The notes under the pieces were generated by a model. The model was given only the letters and a program-made list of their open reading frames with translations. It made no database searches and had not been told where the DNA came from. A DNA stretch of 60,609 nt, taken from Verrucomicrobiales bacterium (GTDB lineage Bacteria > Verrucomicrobiota > Verrucomicrobiia > Verrucomicrobiales > V1-33). Below are positions 29,271 through 37,920 of the stretch, piece after piece; position 1 is the stretch's first letter; each line of letters opens with the position of its first letter. The stretch covers positions 1 through 60,609 of the forward strand of contig JANOAV010000196.1 of the NCBI GenBank assembly GCA_031411295.1, written 5' to 3'. The position numbers were made by a program, and so were the translations under genes.

Positions 29271-30278
29271 ATGATCCTAATTGTCACCTCCAGCAACGAT
29301 CTTACTGCTGGGCTCATCATCACGGCTCTTCTGGAGCAGGGGCACACAGATTTTTTCCGACTGAATCTCGAGGAGGCTCACGAGCACTACGCGCTCATTT
29401 GGTCGGCGGGTCAGCGAGGAATTGAGTGGTCGTTGCGTTCGCGCAGAGAGCCGGAGTTGGTTATCACTTCCGAGTCTGTTGGTGCGGTTTATTGGAGGCG
29501 GGTATCTGTGGCGCAGGATGGTCCCATGCTAGCCCTGCCCACCAGTGCCAACCTTGATGAACAGGAGATTTTCTGGTCGCTGAAGTGGCTGCTTGAATCT
29601 CTCCCCGCCAGACTCTTTCCCCTAGGGCATCCCTATTCTCATGCTGCGGGGGATAACAAGCATCGTCAGTTGGTGGCAGCGTTGGAAGTCGGATTTACCA
29701 TCCCTGAATCCTTTCACTCGAATGATCTGCCGGCTCTGCGTGGCTTCATTCAGCACCAGCAAGCCATCGCCCTCAAAGCCATGCGTGTTTCCGCTGTTAG
29801 CACCACAGGCGCTGCGGATGAGGCCCGACACATTGCCTGCAAGTCGTTCCAATCAGATTTTCTCCTCAACGTGATCAAAGATGTCGCGCGTTGCCAATTG
29901 TTCTGCCAGGCAGCCGTGCAGCGGAAGCACGACCTGCGCATCATGGTATTCCCCAGCGCAACGATTGTGGCCACGATCGATACATCGAAGTTGCCTGACA
30001 ATAAACTGGACTGGCGGGAGGACTCGTTGCAACTAGCTCATGGAATCGAAACGATAGCCCCTGAGTTTGATCAACAACTCCGCAGGTTTCTGGCGCTCAT
30101 GAACCTGAGCGCTGGCTACTTCGACTTTGCACAGCCATCCAGCGGTCCACCTATTTTCTTTGAATGTAATACCAATGCAGAATGGTATTGGATCGAGCAC
30201 CTCACGGGACATCCTATTTCCAAGAAAGTGGCCCAAGAGTTGATGCGCATCTCGGCTAGTGCAGGATCGCCCGCGTAA
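29271..30278 (+). CDS. MvdC/MvdD-family (graspetide-type) ATP-grasp peptide ligase
   Basis: MILIVT...D.TA...FRLN pre-grasp domain, VYWRR, NK..QL..A...GF.IP....ND, ALK, Q..V....DLRI, DWR, GYFDF, FFECN.N.EW.WIE..TG.PIS. Confidence 0.88.
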   Translation: MILIVTSSNDLTAGLIITALLEQGHTDFFRLNLEEAHEHYALIWSAGQRGIEWSLRSRREPELVITSESVGAVYWRRVSVAQDGPMLALPTSANLDEQEIFWSLKWLLESLPARLFPLGHPYSHAAGDNKHRQLVAALEVGFTIPESFHSNDLPALRGFIQHQQAIALKAMRVSAVSTTGAADEARHIACKSFQSDFLLNVIKDVARCQLFCQAAVQRKHDLRIMVFPSATIVATIDTSKLPDNKLDWREDSLQLAHGIETIAPEFDQQLRRFLALMNLSAGYFDFAQPSSGPPIFFECNTNAEWYWIEHLTGHPISKKVAQELMRISASAGSPA

Positions 30279-31674
30279 TGTCCCGGGCGAATTCATCCGC
30301 TCCCAGGCACAATGCTAGCAACACCACATCATCCGGCCGGCAGAGCTTTGCCGCCATGCCTGCGAGCACCATGATGTTCTTGGCTGGATACGCTTCTAAG
30401 CCGCGCTTTCTCAGATCCTGACACAGTTTGCGCTGCGAGAAGGGCCGGGCCGGGATGGGGTAATCCAAGCACCATGAAATGACGGCCACATCTGCGATCC
30501 CGAGACATTCTGGCAGTTCACGTTGCGCATCAGCAGTGCGTCCGCCCGTGTATCGGGGAATGAAGAAGATCACCAATCGCTGCCGGGGATGGCGCTTCCG
30601 GATGGCCTCCAGAGAAGCTTTCACCGCCATGGGCAGGTAAACATCGTCATAGTAAATGTGCAGTTTCCCTGCTTGGGCCAGCAACTCCTGCCTGCCTTCA
30701 AGGCCGGGGAATTCCGCCAGAGCCGCCGCCGCCACCTCCAGTGCCACCCCGAATTGTTGTGCCGCCACGGCCGCCAGAGCCGCATTTTGCACGTGCATTC
30801 TTCCACTCAACCCAATCCTAAAGGGCACGCCGCAGAGGCGAAACGCCATGCCACGGGAACTGGAGCGGCAATGGGTGATGCGGCAGTCTGACTTGGCGGC
30901 AAAGCCCACGCGTTGCGTTCGCCTGCTAGTGTGCCCGAGCAAGGCCATGGCCCCGGGATCATCCGCATTCAGGATGATCATGCCGTCCTCTGGCACCTGC
31001 CCCACTGCCTGCTGGAATGCAGCCGCGTAAAGCTGGGGCGTCGCATAGATTTCCCGATGGTCATAGCCTACGTTAGTCACGATCAACTGGTGCGGGTGAT
31101 AGCGGAGAAATTTTGCAATGGGATCTGCCGATGCGCACCAATACTCATCTCCTTCCAACACGGTTAGTGCAGCGTCCGTCAAGCGCAGTCGGCCCAGGTT
31201 TCCACGCACTTGTCCGCCGATCATGTAGTCGGGCGCGCGCCCTGCCCGTGCCAGGATCCAGACCAGCATGGCGGTGGTGGTGGTCTTCCCCTTGGTGCCG
31301 ATCACGACTAGGTTGTGGGAGCCTGCGCGCAGAAAAAAGTGCTCCAGAAATGCGGTGGCATTCCACACGGGCACCTTTCGCCCTAACGCCTCTATGTATT
31401 CCGGATTTTCTGTGCTCACCAGCGCCCCGACGACGATAGCATCCACTTTACGAGGCACATGATCCGCTTGCCATGAGGCATGCACCGTGATGCCAGCCTG
31501 CCGTAAAAGCTCAGGCATCGGTGCAAACTGCATTTCATCTGACCCACTCACCATGACCCCTCGCTCACGCAACACCAACGCCAGTCCGCCCACCAGGCGC
31601 CCGCAAATTCCAAGCACATGCACACGCCTGGGCAGCGACGGGACCGGAGAAACAGGAGAATTGCGGGTGGACAT
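30256..31674 (-). CDS. Diverged Mpl-like Mur ligase
   Basis: HVLGICG, VSGSD, GTKGKTTTT, EGDEY, KF.RY.P, DH, NADD, GRQE. Substrate-side motifs are altered (YDDVYLP, FIPRY). Confidence 0.8.
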   Translation of the reverse strand: MSTRNSPVSPVPSLPRRVHVLGICGRLVGGLALVLRERGVMVSGSDEMQFAPMPELLRQAGITVHASWQADHVPRKVDAIVVGALVSTENPEYIEALGRKVPVWNATAFLEHFFLRAGSHNLVVIGTKGKTTTTAMLVWILARAGRAPDYMIGGQVRGNLGRLRLTDAALTVLEGDEYWCASADPIAKFLRYHPHQLIVTNVGYDHREIYATPQLYAAAFQQAVGQVPEDGMIILNADDPGAMALLGHTSRRTQRVGFAAKSDCRITHCRSSSRGMAFRLCGVPFRIGLSGRMHVQNAALAAVAAQQFGVALEVAAAALAEFPGLEGRQELLAQAGKLHIYYDDVYLPMAVKASLEAIRKRHPRQRLVIFFIPRYTGGRTADAQRELPECLGIADVAVISWCLDYPIPARPFSQRKLCQDLRKRGLEAYPAKNIMVLAGMAAKLCRPDDVVLLALCLGADEFARDITRAILH

Positions 31675-31892
31675 CCCGTAAACGTAAAGCGTCGTCGAAG
31701 CAAGAGGCAATGGCTATTTCCAGCCACCTCTTAGTTACGCCCGCAAGGGATGTGAGTGTATTTGAGTCGCAGAACCGCTTTCTACCTCGCGTTGGCCGCT
31801 TGGGTCGCTGACATTGTGACTACTCTTGAGGCGGGAGTGCTGGTTTCCGATACGCGGTTGGGTCTCTCGTTACCTCGGCCTCCACTAGCATC

Positions 31893-31988
31893 AACGCCAA
31901 AGGGGTTACGTCCTCCAGCCCTGGGTTGCCATCGCGAGATGGCTACCCAGGGGCATGGAGGATTTAGTAAATGAACCGCAATGCGGTG
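31893..31988. repeat. REP-like long hairpin
   Basis: TCCTCCA-GCCCTGGGTTGCCATC-GCGA-GATGGCTACCCAGGG-GCA-TGGAGGA hairpin, flanked by AACGCCAAAGGGGTT and AACCGCAATGCGGT small palindromes. Confidence 0.65.
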
Positions 31989-32065
31989 CTGCCGGGAACT
32001 TGATCTCCTGCAAAATCCCGCTGGTTTTGGTAGGCAAAAGCCAGGATTTGGCTTACGCTGGGGTC

Positions 32066-34063
32066 ATGAAACCTAACACTGTCTGGCGATGGTTGCCCCT
32101 GATGATCCTAACCTCCGTCTGGAGCGCTGCTAGCGATCCTCCGGACGTGGCCTGGAGCACGCGATCCTACGGACTAGCGCTGCCGGCGGTGGAATCCGGT
32201 TTCATATCTACGGACGGCCGGGAAATAAAGGCTCCGACGGTGCCGAAGGAGAATGCTCCAGAAGCGGAGGTTAAAAAATTTCTTGAGGAAAGCACCGCAG
32301 CGCTAACGGCCTATTTCCATGCCCCCAAGACCTTGGAGGAATTGGGGCCAACCGAGTTTCCCGCAGGCACCGTGTTCGCTTACGATGCTGATTCGGCTTG
32401 TTTGACCGTGCGCACTCAGGGCCAGAATCATCTGTGGCTGAAGGATCTCTGCAGCTTCCGCGGGCCGCCTGTGGATCTGCCCCTGCGGCATCATCTGCAA
32501 ATCGTGGAGGCCGACGCTCCGTTGATTCGGAAGGCGATGCAGGACTCTCTAACACGTTCGGATCATCGTCCGTTACTGGCAGCGCTGGAGCAGGAAATTG
32601 GGCTGGGGCATGGGGCTAGGTGTAGCGAGGCCGTCGTGGTAACAAAAAGCATGGGTGGAGACAGCGTGGAGATTGGCAAGGAATGTGAGTATGCCAGCGG
32701 CTTCAGGTGGGAGGTTGGAAAAATCCTGTCAGAAACTGAGCGGCGGAACGTGGGACTGAGCTTCGATGCAGCATCTACGGGAAACCGGAGAGGCGAGGCG
32801 AGAAACCTGTTCGTTACCATTCGACATCACTTTGGCCCGCCCGTGTCACGCTTGGTTCCGTTGGACATGGGAAAGGAAGAGAGGTGGCAGCTTCCATTGA
32901 CCGACTTCCAATGTCTGGATTTCAATTGCAGCATCAAGCAAAAGCCCGGGGTGACACGATTGATCGGAGTCTGGAGCGCTCAGAAATTTGGTTTACCCGA
33001 GGCCGGAGCAAAATTGCAGGCGGCCTTTCTAACGTTAGACGTGGAGCAGGGGCCGAGGGGAAACCAACTCGCAGCCTGGTTGGGGAAATATGGCGAGGCG
33101 TTACCGACAAATCCGCCGCCAGCGCCAAAGAGTAATGGTTGGCTGTTTACGGCTTATTTCCAAATGCCTGGCAGTTATGTATATGCACCTCGCAATCCCA
33201 AGTCGCAGCCAACTGGCAGCGCGAATGATAGCGACACCCTGGGACCGGCACCCACTGCGCTGGAGTGCCTCACGGATTTCGTGCCCACGTTCCCCATCGG
33301 CTCCGATGCAACTTTTCTTCCCGGGAGTTCCCTTGTCTTGGTGCGGACTTCACGAGATTGTCTCGGGAAATTGGATGAAGTGCTAAGACTTTTCGAAGAA
33401 TCAGGAACGCAGACTGACCGCATCGACCAACTTTCCTGTGCCCTGGAAATCTTCCAAGCCGATGGTGAGGTGTTGCGGCAACTAATGGCCAAGCACCCTG
33501 CCAACGATCCCGCAGGTTTGCACCAAGCGCTGGAAACGGCCGTGCAAGACCATCGGGCTCTGCTCGTGGAGACCGCCCAGATGGCCACGGAAATCGGTGG
33601 TTCTTGTAAATTGGAAGCGGCCCTCGAGCAAACCGTCCTTTCCGTTGGGAAGCCAACCAAAAAATCAGAGAGCGATTCCTTCGAGGACCCACAAACCAAA
33701 GCCGCTAATTCAGCCGGGCACATCGGTGGCACCCAACGCCGCGCAGGCCTGGCTTGGGAACTGGGGGCCGGGTTTGTCACAGATAGGAAGACGCTGGAAA
33801 TGCGATATGCGGTAGAGTATCACTATGCGCCACCTCTACTCCAACCCGCGCCAGTCAAGCCTGATGGAGGACAACAGCCAGCGGCTATCCCTTCGACCGA
33901 CTTTCATAGTGTCCGGCTTAAATCCGAGATCTGCCTCACTCTCGGCCAGGATCAACTCATCGGCATGTGGAAGCCAACTGGAGTGCCTGCATTTGATGGC
34001 AAGGACATTCTCCAGGTGGCTTTTCTCCGAGTGCAGCCAAGCGTGGTGGAGACATCTCCCTGA
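32066..34063 (+). CDS. Secreted protein with two tandem secretin-like (type II/III secretion) modules
   Basis: Signal peptide. Internal duplication: FPAGT..YD....LTVRT / FPIGS..FL....VLVRT, IVEAD / IFQAD, RRNVGL / RRAGL, TDF, LIGVW / LIGMW, LQAAFL / LQVAFL. Confidence 0.55.
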   Translation: MKPNTVWRWLPLMILTSVWSAASDPPDVAWSTRSYGLALPAVESGFISTDGREIKAPTVPKENAPEAEVKKFLEESTAALTAYFHAPKTLEELGPTEFPAGTVFAYDADSACLTVRTQGQNHLWLKDLCSFRGPPVDLPLRHHLQIVEADAPLIRKAMQDSLTRSDHRPLLAALEQEIGLGHGARCSEAVVVTKSMGGDSVEIGKECEYASGFRWEVGKILSETERRNVGLSFDAASTGNRRGEARNLFVTIRHHFGPPVSRLVPLDMGKEERWQLPLTDFQCLDFNCSIKQKPGVTRLIGVWSAQKFGLPEAGAKLQAAFLTLDVEQGPRGNQLAAWLGKYGEALPTNPPPAPKSNGWLFTAYFQMPGSYVYAPRNPKSQPTGSANDSDTLGPAPTALECLTDFVPTFPIGSDATFLPGSSLVLVRTSRDCLGKLDEVLRLFEESGTQTDRIDQLSCALEIFQADGEVLRQLMAKHPANDPAGLHQALETAVQDHRALLVETAQMATEIGGSCKLEAALEQTVLSVGKPTKKSESDSFEDPQTKAANSAGHIGGTQRRAGLAWELGAGFVTDRKTLEMRYAVEYHYAPPLLQPAPVKPDGGQQPAAIPSTDFHSVRLKSEICLTLGQDQLIGMWKPTGVPAFDGKDILQVAFLRVQPSVVETSP

Positions 34064-34084
34064 ACTTGGCGGAAATGGACCAAT

Positions 34085-35524
34085 CTATTTGGCCGGGCGC
34101 ACTTCCATGATCCCGTGCATCATGACGGTATGTCCCGAGAAAGTGCAGAGGTAAGGATAATCGGCTGGCTCCATTGGGGCGATGAACTCCAGCAGGTCTG
34201 ATTGCCGGGGCCCCACTAATTTGGATCCTCTGAAGAGCACGTCGGGTGAATCCACGAAGCAATGGCGCTCCATGAAACTAGGATCGGCCATCGCTTTGAG
34301 CGCTGCATCCGAGACTTTATCCTTCGTCCCCGGCTTCAGGATACTGAGGTTATGCTGCAGCGGGCACCGCTCATTGGAAAAGAGTAAGAACACTTTCTGC
34401 CCCGGTTGGACCGTGAACTTGGTGACGTCAAATTTCATCAGGGCAGGCAACACGCCAATTTTGATTTTGGCCACTGGCAACGTGGCTGAGGTTGGCACCG
34501 CCTGGGGAGCTTGCCCAGTGGCACTGGCTAACTTGGGTGGCTCAGTTCCACTTGAACTCACGGCTGGCGCTGGCGGGGGCTCCGCAGGCGCAGCAACGGC
34601 CGGGGCCACCGCTTGAGCCGGGCCCGGCGGGGGCGGCTCTGGGAGCTGGGGGATGACAGCCGGGGCGCTGCTCGCAGGGGCAACCACAATCCCTGCGGGG
34701 GCAACCGGGGGAGCAGACGAGATGGCCGTAGGGGACACGGCGGCCACAGGGGCCGCTTGATAGTGGTGAATGGAGAGCGGAACGATGACCAAGGCCATGA
34801 CCGCAGCGATTCCCTTGCCGGAGGCTAGCACGGCTCCGGCTTTCGCGGCAAAACTTAGTTTCGCTGACGCCTGCGTCATCGCCACCATCGTCTGCTCCAA
34901 CCAACGATCAACCGCAAGGTCCGGCAGCACTGGCAATAGCAACGGCGGGAGCAGGGCAGACCACGAATCTGCCGCCGCCGCTGCGGACGGTTCCTTCATG
35001 AGTTCGGCCAAGTGCCGCAGCGCCCGAATGCTCCGCTGCTGGGCCGCCTCGGCTGAAATACCCAGTCGTTCCGCGATTTGCTTGAAGGAGAGTTGATCAA
35101 CATAATGGCAAAGCAAGACCGTCCGGTCAGCTTCCTTCAGTTGCTCCAAGGCTTCATCCAATGATTCCGGAAATCCTGCTGGCAGGAGCAGGCCAACGCT
35201 TGCTTCCATGGCAAATTTTCGGTCCCGCTGCCGCCCTCGCTGTTCTCTGACCCGCATGTTCTGCGCCTTGTTCCATGCCACCCGATGCAGCCACCCGGCC
35301 AGATTCACTTGCTTCGTCAACAGCTTGCGACTTTGCTGTGACAGCAGGAGGAACACATCCTGGCACACTTCTTCGGCCATACCGGAACTCCCGGTCACCC
35401 GCAGTGCCACCCCGAAGACAAAGCGAAAATAGCGTTCCATGAGCCGACGAAACGCGGCCTGATCCTGCTCATGGGCATAGGCTTGGAGCAACTCGATGGG
35501 TTCGGTAAGAGTATTCATATCCAA
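34085..35524 (-). CDS. ECF sigma-70 factor fused to a TM helix, a Pro/Ala linker and a C-terminal azurin/auracyanin-like cupredoxin
   Basis: Sigma region 2 (AF..L..RY, AEEVCQDVF, WL..VA.N) and region 4 (L...DR..L..Y..LSF..IAE.LGIS). Cupredoxin MKFD, QHN, YPYLCTFSGHTVMMHG. Confidence 0.88.
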   Translation of the reverse strand: MDMNTLTEPIELLQAYAHEQDQAAFRRLMERYFRFVFGVALRVTGSSGMAEEVCQDVFLLLSQQSRKLLTKQVNLAGWLHRVAWNKAQNMRVREQRGRQRDRKFAMEASVGLLLPAGFPESLDEALEQLKEADRTVLLCHYVDQLSFKQIAERLGISAEAAQQRSIRALRHLAELMKEPSAAAAADSWSALLPPLLLPVLPDLAVDRWLEQTMVAMTQASAKLSFAAKAGAVLASGKGIAAVMALVIVPLSIHHYQAAPVAAVSPTAISSAPPVAPAGIVVAPASSAPAVIPQLPEPPPPGPAQAVAPAVAAPAEPPPAPAVSSSGTEPPKLASATGQAPQAVPTSATLPVAKIKIGVLPALMKFDVTKFTVQPGQKVFLLFSNERCPLQHNLSILKPGTKDKVSDAALKAMADPSFMERHCFVDSPDVLFRGSKLVGPRQSDLLEFIAPMEPADYPYLCTFSGHTVMMHGIMEVRPAK

Positions 35525-35698
35525 GAGATTTTCGCTCGGCAGGGAAATCGGACATGAATTTCACGAAAAGTAAAAATATTTCGGCGGCACCGCACGTGAA
35601 AGCTCCCTGGAGTCCCCGCCGAGAAAATTGCTAAAAATCTCACTTTGCATTTTCCAAAGCGTCGTGCAATCTGAGCACACTGACAGTGCATCCAATAT

Positions 35699-35783
35699 CC
35701 CGGTGTGGCGGAATCGGTAGACGCGGCGGACTCAAAATCCGTTGCCCTTTAAAGGCGTGTGGGTTCGAGTCCCTCCGCCGGGA
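35699..35783 (+). tRNA. tRNA-Leu (CAA), CCA end not encoded
   Basis: Acceptor CCCGGTG/CGCCGGG, discriminator A, GGCGGAATCGGTAGACGC D arm, CTCAAAA loop, long variable arm, GGTTCGAGTCC. Confidence 0.95.
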
Positions 35784-36077
35784 TCTCTTTTTTCTGCGCT
35801 ATTTTGCCAGTCCCTACGTGGGACATTGGACATGGAAGGGTAGCTGGTATTTTGCTGAAGAACGACGCGGTATCGTCAGCGAGATGGGTTTAAGCTTCGA
35901 TGCAACAACGCGAAAAACGCCACGTTGCTCGATCTCCTGGCCCTTTTCCTGCTTATAACGACGAATTCGTCAGACTATTCTGGTTGTAATATCTTCGGAA
36001 ATCAGATTAGTTCCAGCCGCCGCAATCGCTAATCCGACACCTTTTTTTTCTTGTCTCCCCTTAATACCCATTTAATA

Positions 36078-37196
36078 ATGACCATCATGAATCGTTCCAT
36101 CCTTTCTCGCTCCGCACTGTGGTCTGGACTCCTGCCCTTGGTTGGATTCAGCTTGGCTCTGGCTAAATCTACCGCGTCCGCCGCTGCCATCTCTGCTGGA
36201 AATCTCGTCGTTTACCGGGTTGGGGACGGTTCCGCCGCGCTCGGAACCACGGCCACCGCGGTATTCCTGGACGAGTATACCCCAGCAGGCAGTCTGGTGC
36301 AGAGCATTGCCGCTCCCACCAGCGGATCTACCATGATGACTGCCGTAGGCAACTCGGGGACTGAGGGGATCATTTCGCGCTCACAGGATGGAACGTCCTT
36401 GGTCTTCGGCGGGTATCGCAAAGCCACCGGGGGCACCAATCCCAGTTTGGATGTGCCGGGGACCACGAACCGAGTGGCCGCAACCCTCTCACTGGGTGGT
36501 ATCCTCACGACCACGGTTGGTTTGACGGACCCTACTGGCAACCTTCGCAGCGTGGCCAGCGTGGATGGAGCGTCCCAGTTTTACCTCGGGACTTCTGCGA
36601 ACGTGCGTTACGTCGCTACCCCCGGTTCCGCAGCGACCAGCGTAATTATCGACGCTCGCAACTCACGGGAAGTCTTACTCAGCGGGAACACCCTGTTCGC
36701 ATCGAACGGTTCCACTACAATTACAGGCAAGGTCCAAAGCTACGGCACACTGCCAACCACAACCACAAGTGCCTCACCGATTGCCGTCCTAGCCCTCGCT
36801 GATGCCGTCCACGGATTTGTGCTGCTGGATCTTGATGCTGGGGTAGCAGGGGACGACACCATGTATGCCCTCAGCACAGTGGAAAATTTGCTCCGCAAAT
36901 ATACTTTTGATGGGATTAATTGGGTGGCCTCCGGCAGTATTGCAGCATCCGGAGCCAGTAATATTACAGGGGTCGCTACAGGAGCTACCGCCCAACTTTA
37001 TCTCACCAGCGCGACTACCATCAGCGGGGTCACTGACGCCTCGGGATACAATGCTGCTATCACTGGCACGCTGGCCACCATTGCCACTGCTGGCACGAAC
37101 ACTGGCTTCCGGGGCATCGGCATCTTGGTCCCTGAGCCATCTTCAGCCCTGCTCCTCTTCGGGATGCTTGGTTTAGCCGCACGTCGGAAGCGTTGA
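36078..37196 (+). CDS. PEP-CTERM surface protein, Thr/Ser/Gly-rich and beta-rich
   Basis: Signal peptide, GNLVVYRVGDG..VFLDEY, C-terminal VPEPSS + TM + RRKR. Confidence 0.88.
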   Translation: MTIMNRSILSRSALWSGLLPLVGFSLALAKSTASAAAISAGNLVVYRVGDGSAALGTTATAVFLDEYTPAGSLVQSIAAPTSGSTMMTAVGNSGTEGIISRSQDGTSLVFGGYRKATGGTNPSLDVPGTTNRVAATLSLGGILTTTVGLTDPTGNLRSVASVDGASQFYLGTSANVRYVATPGSAATSVIIDARNSREVLLSGNTLFASNGSTTITGKVQSYGTLPTTTTSASPIAVLALADAVHGFVLLDLDAGVAGDDTMYALSTVENLLRKYTFDGINWVASGSIAASGASNITGVATGATAQLYLTSATTISGVTDASGYNAAITGTLATIATAGTNTGFRGIGILVPEPSSALLLFGMLGLAARRKR

Positions 37197-37235
37197 TTAT
37201 TTTCACGAGGCGCCTACGGCGGCCTAAAGTCCTCC

Positions 37236-37871
37236 CTAACCACGTTGGGCTACGAAGCGATAGCCGCCCAGCCAGGTGATCTGCACGGTGGTGGTCCACT
37301 CCGAGCCCAAGCCGAGGTGTTGCGCTAGTTCGTCCCCGAGAAATCCTGCGCGCACGCTGACTGGGAGGTCGTGCTGGGTCACTTGGTTGATGCCGAGGAG
37401 GCGCAGCGCTTTGCCTTGCCAGAGGTGAAGTTTCCGGCGGGCCGGTTCGCAGAAAATGATCAATCTTGCAGAGGTTAGGAGTGAACCTAGTCCATGCAGT
37501 TGCTCGGTCTGGAAATGATGGAGAATGAGGCCGCCGGTGATAACGGAGGCTTGCTGGAGTCGTGCTTTTCCCACGGTGTAGAAGTCGCCCTGCACCCAGT
37601 CATAGTCTTCCGGCCAGTCGGCTGGCATGGGGGCGAGATCCAAGGCGGTATAATCTCCCGGCCAGTGCAGGGCTTTGCCCAGCAGACCATCACCGGCTCC
37701 CAATTCTACCACAATATCCTGCGGACGCAGTCGGGAGTGCAAGGTTTTGCGCAGCCAGCGGAGATTTCCCATGATGGCGTTGATGAGCCGGAGATCGCGG
37801 CGCGAGTGAATCGCAGCCGGATCGTCTGCGGGCAGGGAATCCAAGATTTCTGGGTCGACGCGACGTTCCAT
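37236..37871 (-). CDS. Class I SAM-dependent methyltransferase
   Basis: E.LD.L...DL..IN..MGN, VELGAGDG, LILHHF, HD..VSVRAGF. Confidence 0.82.
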   Translation of the reverse strand: MERRVDPEILDSLPADDPAAIHSRRDLRLINAIMGNLRWLRKTLHSRLRPQDIVVELGAGDGLLGKALHWPGDYTALDLAPMPADWPEDYDWVQGDFYTVGKARLQQASVITGGLILHHFQTEQLHGLGSLLTSARLIIFCEPARRKLHLWQGKALRLLGINQVTQHDLPVSVRAGFLGDELAQHLGLGSEWTTTVQITWLGGYRFVAQRG

Positions 37872-37920
37872 GCGGTGATTTGTGGTTGGAGGATGTAAAT
37901 TTCCAGTATAGCTAAGGGCC

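Noticed and set aside
35575..35630. att-like partial copy of the tRNA-Leu 3' end (GAGTCCCCGCCGAG)
   Set aside because: Short, imperfect, part of a local inverted repeat, and no integrase nearby.
37236..37871. Type III PKS cluster around the methyltransferase
   Set aside because: This methyltransferase type often accompanies such clusters, but no PKS or partner oxidoreductase is adjacent.
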